Positions 49,492 to 59,405 of a stretch of 64,000 nucleotides of DNA are shown one piece after another. A model generated the notes under the pieces. It was given only the letters and a program-made list of their open reading frames with translations, was not told the DNA's origin and did not search any database. The stretch is from Macrostomum lignano (Eukaryota). The stretch's first letter is position 1; each line of letters starts with the position of its first letter. The stretch lies in contig NIVC01000240.1 of assembly GCA_002269645.1 (NCBI GenBank), positions 62,001 to 126,000 of the forward strand, given 5' to 3'. The translations under genes were made by a program, and so were the position numbers.

Positions 49492-50407
49492 CTGAGGCCC
49501 TTGTCGACTGCTTGCGAAAGTCGAACATGAGCAGGCCGCCCTTTTTCTTGCCGGGATCGAGGGCTCCGGCTGTCAGGCCGCCGGCTCCACCAAACGGGAC
49601 GCCGAAGTCGCCGCTGAAGTTGGAGCTGTCCAAGGCCTCTCTGGTGAGAAAGTCGAGCTGCCCGGAGCCCGCGATGGCGTTGATGTCGTTGGTGAAGTGA
49701 AGGCCGAGCGACTGGGTGATTCCAACCGCGCTGGACATCATGCGCAGCTTAGCGCCCCGCTTCCATAGCCGGTGCTGCTTGGCGACCGCCACTTTTCGGC
49801 GCTTCCTGTGATAGGCGGCGAAGCTGATGGCGAGGAGCAGCAGGCACAGTGCGCTGATGATCACGTGGACCATCCACGGTTGCCACGTGATTGCGGCGGC
49901 CGCTGCGGCTGCCGCAGCTGTTGGCCGGGGTGCAGACGAAGTCGCAGGCGACGTGGATTCGCCCAGAAAGGCGAGCCCGTTGATGCTGCTACCGCTGTCG
50001 CCGGCGCCGACGCTGCCACCTCCGCCGCTGCCACTGTGGCCACTTCCGCTGACGACGCTGCTGGTGCTGCCGACGTTGCTGCTGACGCCTCCTCCTCTGA
50101 CGCCGCTGAGGCCGACCCTGGCTGATAATGGCGACTCGACCGTAGCTGCTGCTGCTGCTGACGCTGAAGCGGCTGCGTCGTCAGCTTCAACGGCCGATGC
50201 TGCTGCGGCTGCGGCGGCTGCTGCGGCTGCTGCGGCGGCTGACGCTGCTCGGGTCCCCGTCTTGCGGCTGGCCCGGGTTCGACTCCCCGATCCAGGGCTG
50301 CCAGAGAGACTGCGCGGACCCGTCGCTCCCAATGGAGTGAAGGAGGCGCGGCTGGGCGGATGCGAACCGTTAGATCGGAGACGCAGGGAGCTCCGGCAGC
50401 GCTCTAC
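49492..50407 (-). CDS. Putative large exon of a single-pass type I membrane protein (Ala/Ser/Gly-rich stalk, TM helix, cytoplasmic tail)
   Basis: Open frame with poly-Ala, TM WMVHVIISALCLLLLAISFAAY, then basic HRKRRK. Candidate acceptor ccgacag| (50408-50409) and donor TCAG|GTGGGA. No recognisable family. Confidence 0.5.
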
Positions 50408-50877
50408 CTGTCGGGGCCACGGCTTGCAGAGGAGCTCGGACAGGAATCAGCTGAAGCGCTAAGGCGGAGCTGATCCTGATAAATAAGGGGGGATTCAGAC
50501 GCCTTGTTGTACGGAGGGAGCTGCAGCGGCAGCCTAGTGAAGAGGGAGGTTGGGGAGGCGCGGCTGGCGGGTAACTATTTGTACTGTGGCGCACAAATGT
50601 CAGCGCTGGACTATTTTTGGATAGAGACAGGGAGTGGAGGGGGGCAGGGGAGCAGCGAGTATTGGGGCCTTTCGCAGGCGCAATTGGTTGGCTCGCGCGT
50701 GTAAACGGAATGGGAATTCAGAGTCAGGGGAGCTGCAAAGTTGCTAGTTGGGGCCGCGCCAGAGACGGGGCAGCAGCAGTCGGAAAGTAGGGGGGGGGGG
50801 GGGGGGAGGGGTCCGCCCCTGTCCGTGCAATAAATCCCGATTCGAGGGATGGGGCCGGGTGGCGACGTCTACGCATG

Positions 50878-51898
50878 TGTTGTATCCCCCTTCCTCGCTG
50901 GCACGGCCGGGTTGGGTGACGGGTAGCGGTGTCGGGGTTCGGGTACTGGACTGCCCAGGGCTTACGAGCTCGATCGGCGACCCCGAGGCGTACGGACACT
51001 TCGGGGGGAGGTCAAGGTTGAGAAGTCGAGAGAGAGGGGAGGGGCGGCTGTGGGCGGGCGGCCACTCGACAGCCTGGTGAGTCAAGGAAGAGAGAGAGGG
51101 CTGCGGGCGGTCGGCCACTCGACAGCCTGGTGAGTCAAGGAAAAGAGAGAGGGCTGTGGGCGGGCGGCCACTCGACAGCCTGGTGAGTCAAGGAAGAGAG
51201 AGAGGGCTGCGGGCGGTCGGCCACTCGACAGCCTGGTGAGTCAAGGAAAAGAGAGAGGGCTGTGGGCGGGCGGCCACTCGACAGCCTGGTGAGTCAAGGA
51301 AGAGAGAGAGGGCTGCGGGCGGTCGGCCACTCGACAGCCTGGTGAGTCAGACTGAGGAGAGAGTGAGAGAGAGAGAGATCAGGAGAGCGACCCCGAGGAA
51401 CACAGGCAATTGTCTCGACAGCTTACCGGGCCGGGTCGATTATAGCACTCATACACGGGAAGGCCGATCGATTGCAATAAATTGAGTCTTCGCAGTAAGA
51501 GACCGTCTTTACGGCTGATCGCTGGTCACGTTCGTTTATTTATCGCGGTGGGCGCAAATGGGCGCAGGCACGGTGAGAAAAGGGGCGGGGTCTGAGCGTC
51601 GCCTTAAATAACGAGTAAAAAGGGGCAGGGGCGCAAACAAGGGGGGGGAGAGAAAGGGCTTAAACAATGGAGCTGATTGACAGCTGATTGGCTGCGGCGA
51701 GGGGAGGGTGGAAGCGCGCACGGCCAGGGAGAGGGAGAGAGAGCAGAGGCCCAGCCAATCAGCACGGCTAGCCAAAGGGCTCATAGCTCCAGACTGGCTT
51801 GAGCCGGGGGGGGGGGGGGTAACAATAATCAACTACCAAAGTCAACAACTATCAAAGTGCACTTGCACCAGGGGAGCACTGTGACACAGGTCACAACA
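50878..51898 (-). repeat. 3' LTR of the Gypsy element
   Basis: Direct repeat of 58387-59405, preceded on the minus strand by the PPT. Confidence 0.95.
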
Positions 51899-51908
51899 CC
51901 CTCCCCCC
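51899..51908 (-). promoter_or_regulatory. Polypurine tract (GGGGGGAGGG)
   Basis: Immediately abuts the TG of the 3' LTR on the minus strand. Confidence 0.9.
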
Positions 51909-51994
51909 AAAAAAAAAGAAAACGACGCGCTTTGACTGAATGAAAATGAAAAAAAATGTAATGAAATGAAACTGAATGAAAGAGACCAAGAGTG

Positions 51995-52482
51995 TCAGGC
52001 AGCGGCCGAGAGCGCAGGACAGGGGCCGAGGATGTCGGACAGGCCGAGAACACCGGGCACGGCCGAGAATGCCGGACAGCGACTGAGAATGCCGGGCAGC
52101 GGCCGAGAATGCCGGGCAGCGGCCGAGAATGCCGGGCTGTGGCCGAAAACGCCGGGTATGGCCGAGAATGCCGGACTGTGGCCGGAAACTCCGGGCATGG
52201 CCGAGAATGCCGGACAGCGACTGAGAATGCCGGGCAGCGGCCGAGAATGCCGGGCAGCGGCCGAGAATGCCGGGCTGTGGCCGAAAACGCCGGGCATGGC
52301 CGAGAATGCCGGACAGCGACCGAGAATGCCGGGCAGCGGCCGAGAATGCCGGGCAGCGGCCGAGAATGCCGGGCAGCGGCCGAAAACGCCGGGCATGGCC
52401 GAGAATGCCGGACAGCGACCGAGAATGCCGGGCAGCGGCCGAGAACACCGGGCAGCGACCGAGAACGCCGGGCATGGCCGAG
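51995..52482. repeat. ~19-20-bp GC-rich minisatellite (GGCCGAGAATGCCGGGCAGC variants) in the Gypsy 3' UTR
   Basis: Directly visible. Confidence 0.9.
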
Positions 52483-53129
52483 AGTGTTCCCCGCCCTTCC
52501 TTCGGGGCCGCTCCCAGTGCCAAACAGAGGGATCACAACGACGATCAGATGAGAGATGGGATGAAATGAAGGAGTGAAGGTCTCTTGCCCGCCCTGGCAT
52601 CCTGCCCCAGAACCCCCTAGACCGCCACCTCCGCCGCCCGGCGCAACAACCCCAACACGCGTCCTCCGTCGATTAGTTCAAACTGAGGGATCGCAACACT
52701 CATGACGAACCGAGTGCTTCGCTTGAAGGCAGGCCGCCGCCAGACACGCCGAGCATGACCCCGACACTTGGCGCTGATGTCACGGAGAATGAACTTGACA
52801 GTCTGAGCCAAAAGCTCGGCGATTTCGCGTCGATGATCCAGCCGCTCGCTGCCGCACAATCCCACCATTTCAGTCAAAAGCCGGAACATCGCAGCTGGAC
52901 TCCCCGACAACAAAGCGTGCCGAAGCTCCGACCGGATTCGAGCTCTTCGCTGCGTTGCCTCCCCGCTCCAGGAGAGCAGGGCAATGGTTCCTTCGAGCCT
53001 CTTTGGGGCGCCGATCCTTCATCCCTGATGGCAGGGTTGGGCAGGTGGGACCTCCCCTGACGGGCCTTAAGAGGGGAAATATATATTTTTGTTTGTGAAG
53101 CAGAGGCAATAACACGAGCCCAGTTTTCA

Positions 53130-53415
53130 ATAACGCGGGTGATGACGCAGACGATGCTTCGAACCAATTATTTATGACGCAGGAGATGACGCGAATGATG
53201 CTTCGAACCACTTATTTATGACGCAGGAGATGACGCGGATGATGCTTCGAACCAATTATTTATGACACAGGTGATGACGCGGATGATGCTTCGAACCAAT
53301 TATTTATGACGCAGGAGATGACGCGAATGATGCTTCGAACCAATTATTTATGACGCAGGAGATGACGCGGATGATGCTTCGAACCAATTATTTATGACGC
53401 AGGAGATGACGCGAC
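53130..53415. repeat. ~44-bp tandem repeat (ATTTATGACGCAGGAGATGACGCGGATGATGCTTCGAACCAATT), ~6 copies, Gypsy 3' UTR
   Basis: Directly visible. Confidence 0.9.
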
Positions 53416-53440
53416 ATTGCGCACGCACTCACGTCCGCTC

Positions 53441-55090
53441 TTAATAATAAACGGGCGTTCCATAACGCTGCGGAACCCTTCGATCCCTCTGGGGTCGACC
53501 TTCGATGACTTCAACTGGCGCTTCCGGCTGCGGCTGCACTCCTGGCTGCTGCACATCCATTGGTTCTCCCTCCTCTCGAACCCGCCCGGAATGTCGCCAC
53601 CATCGCTCCTCATCCTCATCGTCCGATTCCTGCGAGTCCTCCCTGACGGATTCCGTCTCTTGAGCAGGACCTGGGTGGTACCTCCTTGGTGCAGGACGCC
53701 GAGGGCCACCGGTGCCGTCGACCGGGTACTTCCGGTACCGAGGCAGGAGGTTGTTAAAGTGCACCACCTTGATCGGCTTCCGTCGACCTTCCTGTCGAAT
53801 CCTATAGCGCGTCTCCGACAGCTTCTCGAGAACTACGGCAGGTCCGGTCCAGGGTGAGTGGAGCTTCGCTTTGGCACCGGCCTTCAACACGGGGTTGTAG
53901 ACGAACACCTCGTCGCCAGCCACGAATTCTCGACCCTTCACCTTCCGGTCGTACCAGTCTTTCTGCACTCGTTGACATGACGTTATTCTCTCACGCACCA
54001 CCCGATGGGCTTCCACGAGCGTCTCCCGCAGGTTCTGGACTTCCTCGCAGTACGGTTCGATGTCCAGTGGGCGCGCCACTCCCAAGTCAACTGGCAGAGA
54101 CATCTCGCGACCATGCAGAAGGAAGAAGGGTGAGTAGCCGGTGCCGCGGTGCACACTGGAGCGATACGCCATGAGCGCCGGGGCAACGAATTCGTCCCAC
54201 CGCCTCTGATCCGGCTCCTTCACCAGGTGCGCCCGGATCACTGCAGTCAGCGTCTTATTGAAGCTTTCCACTTGGCCGTTTCCAGAGGGGTGATAGGCGG
54301 TCGTACGCGTCTTTCGGATATTCAGACTTTCGCACAGCTGGCCGATCAATTGCGACTCGAAATTGGCTCCCTGATCCGAGTGGATTGTCCCTGGGGCTCC
54401 GTAGTGACAGACCCACTCCTCAAGCATTGCCCTTGCACAGGTGCTGGCCGTCTGATCTGGCACCGGTACTGCCACTGGCCACTTACTGAACGCGTCCTGC
54501 ATCGTCAGTATGTATTTGTTGCCTCGGACGCTGGTTGGCAGTGGTCCAATCAAATCCACCATCACTCTTTCAAACACATGGCTGCTGGGGATCGGCTCCA
54601 ATGGGGCCTTCCGCCGCATCCCGGGCTTGCTCCGGTTACAGTCGTCACACCTTCGCACAAACTCCTCGACCTCTCGCTTCAAGCCGGGTCTCCAGAATCG
54701 GTTCCTGACTTTCTCCAGAGTCTTTGCTACGCCGAAGTGTCCACCTCCTGGTCCAGAGTGCAGCGTCTGCAGAGCGTCGGGGATCAATTTCTTCGGGAGA
54801 ACAGCCCGCGGTGGGTGACGTCCCAGATCCTTGATGACGAGGGTGTTGTCCACAATTTCCAGCCGAGGCTTTTGTGCCCAGATGGCTCGGGTCGTTGGTG
54901 ACGCACCCCGAGGTGGCTCTTCGTTTGCTCGGCCGGCGTGCATCGACTGGTAAACTGGAGCGATGTCGTTGTCCACAGCTTGTGCTGCTGCCAGCTCATC
55001 TCGGCTGAGCAACCCGAGCAGCGTCGTTACCCTGACCCCGGGGAGGTCATCAGTCCGGCACGACGGGCAGTTATCCATTTCGGGATGTCG
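53441..55090 (-). CDS. Gypsy pol, integrase portion (HHCC + DD35E + C-terminal GPY/F-like)
   Basis: LHSGPGGGHFG...CDDC; VMVDLIGP; HSDQG; GNGQVESFNKT; WTGPAVVLEK. In frame with RH but separated by TGA at 55091-55093. Confidence 0.92.
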   Translation of the reverse strand, partial: RHPEMDNCPSCRTDDLPGVRVTTLLGLLSRDELAAAQAVDNDIAPVYQSMHAGRANEEPPRGASPTTRAIWAQKPRLEIVDNTLVIKDLGRHPPRAVLPKKLIPDALQTLHSGPGGGHFGVAKTLEKVRNRFWRPGLKREVEEFVRRCDDCNRSKPGMRRKAPLEPIPSSHVFERVMVDLIGPLPTSVRGNKYILTMQDAFSKWPVAVPVPDQTASTCARAMLEEWVCHYGAPGTIHSDQGANFESQLIGQLCESLNIRKTRTTAYHPSGNGQVESFNKTLTAVIRAHLVKEPDQRRWDEFVAPALMAYRSSVHRGTGYSPFFLLHGREMSLPVDLGVARPLDIEPYCEEVQNLRETLVEAHRVVRERITSCQRVQKDWYDRKVKGREFVAGDEVFVYNPVLKAGAKAKLHSPWTGPAVVLEKLSETRYRIRQEGRRKPIKVVHFNNLLPRYRKYPVDGTGGPRRPAPRRYHPGPAQETESVREDSQESDDEDEERWWRHSGRVREEGEPMDVQQPGVQPQPEAPVEVIEGRPQRDRRVPQRYGTPVYY

Positions 55091-55988
55091 TCACGGCGGC
55101 TTGCGTGACAGCGCGTCCGCATTCTGATGACGCGCCCCTGGCCGATGCTCCACTGCGAAGTCGAATGGCGCCAACCTCTCCATCCACCGAGCCAACTGGC
55201 CTTCCGGCTGCCTCATACTTCGGAGCCACTGCAGACTTGCGTGGTCGGTGCGCACCCGGAACCTCCGGCCAAGTAGATAGTACCGGAACCTCTCTGCGAA
55301 TGTCACCAGCGCCAGGAGCTCGATTCGTGTCGTGCAATAGTTGAATTCGGCCCCTTGCAGACGCCGACTCCCGTACGCAATAACCCGCTCTGACCCGTCT
55401 TCTTGTACCTGCGACAAGACTGCTCCGAGACCCTGTCGGGTACTTCCATCGGTATCCAAGATGAACTCACCAGCCGTGGGGTCGAAGTTCGGGTAGGCCA
55501 TCACGCGGCAACCGGTCAATTCTTCTTTCAGCTTTTTGAAGGCCTCATCGTGTTCCTCTCTCCAACTGAACGGCTTGTCTTTCTTTGTCAGATCAAAAAG
55601 TGGTGCAGCGACTATCGAGAATTCTGGTATGAAGTTTCGGTAGTAACCAGCCAGACCCAGGAACGACTGAAGGTCTTTTGCATTTCTTGGAATGCTCCAG
55701 TCACGGACTTCCTTGATCTTCTCCGGGTCGACATCGATTCCGTCCTTTGACACGACGTGGCCAAGGAATTTGACCTCATCGGCCAGGAATCTGCACTTAG
55801 ATGGCTTTAGCCTCAAGTTGGCTGCGCGCAGGCGCTGGAATACCGCCTCGAGATTCGTTAGATGCTCGCTGACAGTTCGGGACCAAATGATGATATCGTC
55901 GATGTAGACGAGCGCCATCTTCCACAGAAGGTCGTGTAGTACCATATTCATCAACCTTGTGAATGTCGCCGGCGCATTGGTCAATCCG
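55091..55988 (-). CDS. Gypsy pol, RT C-half + RNase H
   Basis: TNAPATF; LVYIDDII; KPSKC; FILDTDGS; IAYGSR; TDHASL; HQNADALSR. Confidence 0.92.
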
Positions 55989-57411
55989 AAGGCAGCACCT
56001 TGAACGCGAATTGCCCCCGATGCGGAATGACAAAAGCAGTCTTTTCTTGATCCTCCCTTTTGACCTTAACTTGCCAATAGCCGGAGCAAAGGTCGAGCGT
56101 CGAAAATACAGCCGCACCTCCGAGCGCTTCAAGTGCGTCATCGACACGCGGGATTGCTATGGCGTCCTTGACAGTTCGTTGATTCAACTCTCTGTAGTCG
56201 ACACACAGTCGCAGTTCCCCATTCTTTTTACGGACACAGACCACTGGCGAACTCCACGGCGATTGGGTCGGTTCAATCATCTTCGTTGCCAAAAGCTCGT
56301 CGATTTGTCGGTCGACTTCGCCGCGCCAATGTGGCGGTAGCCGTCGCGGAGGCTGTTTTACGGCTGTTCCGGTGGTCTCAATTTCATGCTGCACGATGTC
56401 CGTCGTCCCGAGGCGCGCTGTACTCTCTGCGAAAACATCTGCGTATCGATTCACCAATCTTAGGAAACTCGCTTTGTCTGCCCCCGTGAGCTGCTTGGAG
56501 CCGTGCTGGTTCAGTGCCGCCTCTGGGTCCCATGGATCGCAGCTGGGTCGTAAAACCGACGCTTGCTCTTCGATGCTGGCTACCAGAACCTCTTGAGCCG
56601 GATCTGATGGTCGAAACCAGCCGATGACAGCTCCCTTCCGCAGCCGCAGCTCGGAGTCCGTGACATTCGCGAAGTGAACTGGTAGGGTGTTGCCCTGCTG
56701 GATGAGGCAGACGCTCCTGGCTAGCATTGGTCTCTCATCGCTCTTCAGTTTTTCGTCTGGTTCGGCGACGCCGAGCACTCCGGAATTCTGTGTCGCTGTT
56801 CTCCGAATCCTGGCTGAGACGGTCCGTTCGTGATTGGCCGGAATGATCAAGTTTTCGTTCAGGTACAACCGGCAGACGACTGGTTTGTGCTTGGTCTCTC
56901 GGATTGGCACACGTGAACCGTTCACGCGGAAAACTCCTCCGGCGAAATCGATTTGGCACCGGTGGCGGCGTAAGAAGTCGGTGCCTAGCAACAGTTCGTA
57001 GCCGACCCCTTGGACCACCGCAATTGGCGTCTGTAAAGTTTCTGATCCGAACTGTAGGGGAAGCGACGCGCATCCTAACACATTCATGGGAGTTCCGTTC
57101 GCTGAGATCAGGTGGGTTTCCGAAGGGCTGAGTTCAACTCGAACCGACTTGCTCAACTGCCGCCAGGTCCTCTCGTTCACCAGCGACATGACCGAGCCCG
57201 AATCCAACAGACACGGCAACTCAATCTCGCCAATTTTTACCGACACGTAGATTGACACGGGATTAAAAGCTGTTGCAGGTTGATCTCTATCTCTTGAGCA
57301 GTCCGCCGGACATCCTGCTGCACGTCGCTCCGGGGCTGCATCTTCGTCTCGGGTTGGGGCCTCTACTGTCTCGGCGGAACTCCCTCGCCCCTGCGGAAGT
57401 TCCCCTTGCCG
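55981..57411 (-). CDS. Gypsy pol, protease + RT N-half
   Basis: CLLDSGS aspartic protease; SPWSSPVVCVRKKNGELRLCVDYRELN; FSTLDLCSGYWQV. The frame is open back to the GGGAAAC slippery site. A 1-nt loss in the PFGL codons ends the frame. Confidence 0.9.
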   Translation of the reverse strand, partial: RQGELPQGRGSSAETVEAPTRDEDAAPERRAAGCPADCSRDRDQPATAFNPVSIYVSVKIGEIELPCLLDSGSVMSLVNERTWRQLSKSVRVELSPSETHLISANGTPMNVLGCASLPLQFGSETLQTPIAVVQGVGYELLLGTDFLRRHRCQIDFAGGVFRVNGSRVPIRETKHKPVVCRLYLNENLIIPANHERTVSARIRRTATQNSGVLGVAEPDEKLKSDERPMLARSVCLIQQGNTLPVHFANVTDSELRLRKGAVIGWFRPSDPAQEVLVASIEEQASVLRPSCDPWDPEAALNQHGSKQLTGADKASFLRLVNRYADVFAESTARLGTTDIVQHEIETTGTAVKQPPRRLPPHWRGEVDRQIDELLATKMIEPTQSPWSSPVVCVRKKNGELRLCVDYRELNQRTVKDAIAIPRVDDALEALGGAAVFSTLDLCSGYWQVKVKREDQEKTAFVIPHRGQFAFKVLPSD

Positions 57412-57417
57412 TTTCCC
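57356..57417 (-). promoter_or_regulatory. Predicted -1 ribosomal frameshift signal (G GGA AAC + 7-nt spacer + stem-loop/pseudoknot)
   Basis: Heptamer in gag frame at 57417-57411; -1 shift enters the pol frame. Stem GGAACUUCC/GGGAGUUCC. Confidence 0.75.
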
Positions 57418-58343
57418 TGTTGCTGACGGGTTGGGCAGTTAGTCGCGATGTGCCCTGGCTTGTTGCAGAAGAAGCAGCGAATTCCTCCCGTTCGTCGAGG
57501 CTTCTGATGGTCGCCTTCGTCGGAGTCGGTCGGTCGAGCTGCGGCGCTGCTATGCGGTTCCGCTCTCAGCGACTCGAGCTGAACCACTTTGCCTTGAAGC
57601 TGCCTCACCAGTTTCTTCAACTCCTCGAGCTCTTTGTCCTTTTCTTGGGAGTAGGCTCCATCCTCCCGAGGCACAGATTCCGCCGCGCCGCTCACCACGA
57701 AGACTCCTCGGTGGCCGCTGCCAGTTGCTCCAGCCGATCTCGGTCCCTTCGCCGCCTTGGACGCCGCCTCGAGCTGCCTCACCGCGCGTTGTGCTGCCAC
57801 CAGACCTTCGGGCTGCTGCAGGTAGAGCTTCTCTCGCTGGAGGTCGGAGAGTCTCACCCCTTGCATGAAGCGATCCTTCGCGAGGTCGTCCTGCAGCTCG
57901 GCAGTTGCCGCCGGGTAGGCACAGCGCACCAGTTCAAGGAGAGCATCTGCGTAGGCCTCCAACGACTCGCCATCCTTCTGATCTCGGGTTTTTAGCTCGA
58001 CCTTGCTGTCCTGCTCTGTCCGGTACCGGGAGAAGCGAGCCTCCAACCGGGCGGTGAATCCCTCGTAGTCCAGCGGATCCACAGGATCGTCGGGTCCCGG
58101 CAGGTTCAGATTATCGACCGCAGCGTACGCCGTAGCGAGATCCAGCATGCTCATCAAGTGCTCGCGGCGATGCTCCTCGTCAATCTCGGCGGAGTCGCAA
58201 TAAGCGTTGAAAGAGCGCAGCCAGAGTCGAAAATTCATGCTTGACGTGTACTTCACGGGCTTCGGGAGTCTCGGTGGCTGGGCTGGTCCATCCGCTCGCA
58301 GACGCTCGGCTAGCAGCCGAATCAGTTCGTCCACATTCGCCAT
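57363..58343 (-). CDS. Gypsy gag (326 aa)
   Basis: ATG 25 nt after the PBS; CCHC knuckle CFFCNKPGHIATNC. Confidence 0.92.
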   Translation of the reverse strand: MANVDELIRLLAERLRADGPAQPPRLPKPVKYTSSMNFRLWLRSFNAYCDSAEIDEEHRREHLMSMLDLATAYAAVDNLNLPGPDDPVDPLDYEGFTARLEARFSRYRTEQDSKVELKTRDQKDGESLEAYADALLELVRCAYPAATAELQDDLAKDRFMQGVRLSDLQREKLYLQQPEGLVAAQRAVRQLEAASKAAKGPRSAGATGSGHRGVFVVSGAAESVPREDGAYSQEKDKELEELKKLVRQLQGKVVQLESLRAEPHSSAAARPTDSDEGDHQKPRRTGGIRCFFCNKPGHIATNCPTRQQQGNGKGNFRRGEGVPPRQ

Positions 58344-58367
58344 GACAGCTCACAAGCAAACTGAGCA

Positions 58368-58385
58368 GTCCCTGTTCGGGCGCCA
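58368..58385 (-). promoter_or_regulatory. Primer binding site TGGCGCCCGAACAGGGAC (tRNA-Lys UUU)
   Basis: 18 nt, 1 nt inside the 5' LTR; the canonical tRNA-Lys3-type PBS. Confidence 0.92.
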
Positions 58386-58386
58386 A

Positions 58387-59405
58387 TGTTGTATCCCCCT
58401 TCCTCGCTGGCACGGCCGGGTTGGGTGACGGGTAGCGGTGTCGGGGTTCGGGTACTGGACTGCCCAGGGCTTACGAGCTCGATCGGCGACCCCGAGGCGT
58501 ACGGACACTTCGGGGGGAGGTCAAGGTTGAGAAGTCGAGAGAGAGGGGAGGGGCGGCTGTGGGCGGGCGGCCACTCGACAGCCTGGTGAGTCAAGGAAGA
58601 GAGAGAGGGCTGCGGGCGGTCCGCCACTCGACAGCCTGGTGAGTCAAGGAAAAGAGAGAGGGCTGTGGGCGGGCGGCCACTCGACAGCCTGGTGAGTCAA
58701 GGAAGAGAGAGAGGGCTGCGGGCGGTCGGCCACTCGACAGCCTGGTGAGTCAAGGAAAAGAGAGAGGGCTGTGGGCGGGCGGCCACTCGACAGCCTGGTG
58801 AGTCAAGGAAGAGAGAGAGGGCTGCGGGCGGTCGGCCACTCGACAGCCTGGTGAGTCAGACTGAGGAGAGAGTGAGAGAGAGAGAGATCAGGAGAGCGAC
58901 CCCGAGGAACACAGGCAATTGTCTCGACAGCTTACCGGGCCGGGTCGATTATAGCACTCATACACGGGAAGGCCGATCGATTGCAATAAATTGAGTCTTC
59001 GCAGTAAGAGACCGTCTTTACGGCTGATCGCTGGTCACGTTCGTTTATTTATCGCGGTGGGCGCAAATGGGCGCAGGCACGGTGAGAAAAGGGGCGGGGT
59101 CTGAGCGTCGCCTTAAATAACGAGTAAAAAGGGGCAGGGGCGCAAACAAGGGGGGGGGAGAGAAAGGGCTTAAACAATGGAGCTGATTGACAGCTGATTG
59201 GCTGCGGCGAGGGGAGGGTGGAAGCGCGCACGGCCAGGGAGAGGGAGAGAGAGCAGAGGCCCAGCCAATCAGCACGGCTAGCCAAAGGGCTCATAGCTCC
59301 AGACTGGCTTGAGCCGGGGGGGGGGGTAACAATAATCAACTACCAAAGTCAACAACTATCAAAGTGCACTTGCACCAGGGGAGCACTGTGACACAGGTCA
59401 CAACA
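58387..59405 (-). repeat. 5' LTR of the Gypsy element
   Basis: Direct repeat of 50878-51898. On the minus strand it carries CCAAT, a TATTTAA TATA-like box (~59115) and AATAAA (~59045). Confidence 0.95.

Larger units (their letters stand above)
50878..59405 (-). mobile_element. Full-length Ty3/Gypsy LTR retrotransposon (~8.5 kb)
   Basis: Two ~1.02-kb near-identical LTRs with TGTTG...CAACA ends, 4-bp TSD CATG (50874-50877 / 59406-59409), PBS, PPT, gag and PR-RT-RH-IN order. Confidence 0.97.

Noticed and set aside
52755-53060. 101-aa antisense ORF in the Gypsy 3' UTR as an extra (env-like) gene
   Set aside because: Short, with an upstream in-frame stop, no TM or signal peptide, and no recognisable similarity.
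54149-54901. 250-aa antisense ORF over the integrase (also 57273-57995, 12669-13640, 35433-35883)
   Set aside because: Shadow ORFs expected opposite GC-rich coding sequence; no motifs.
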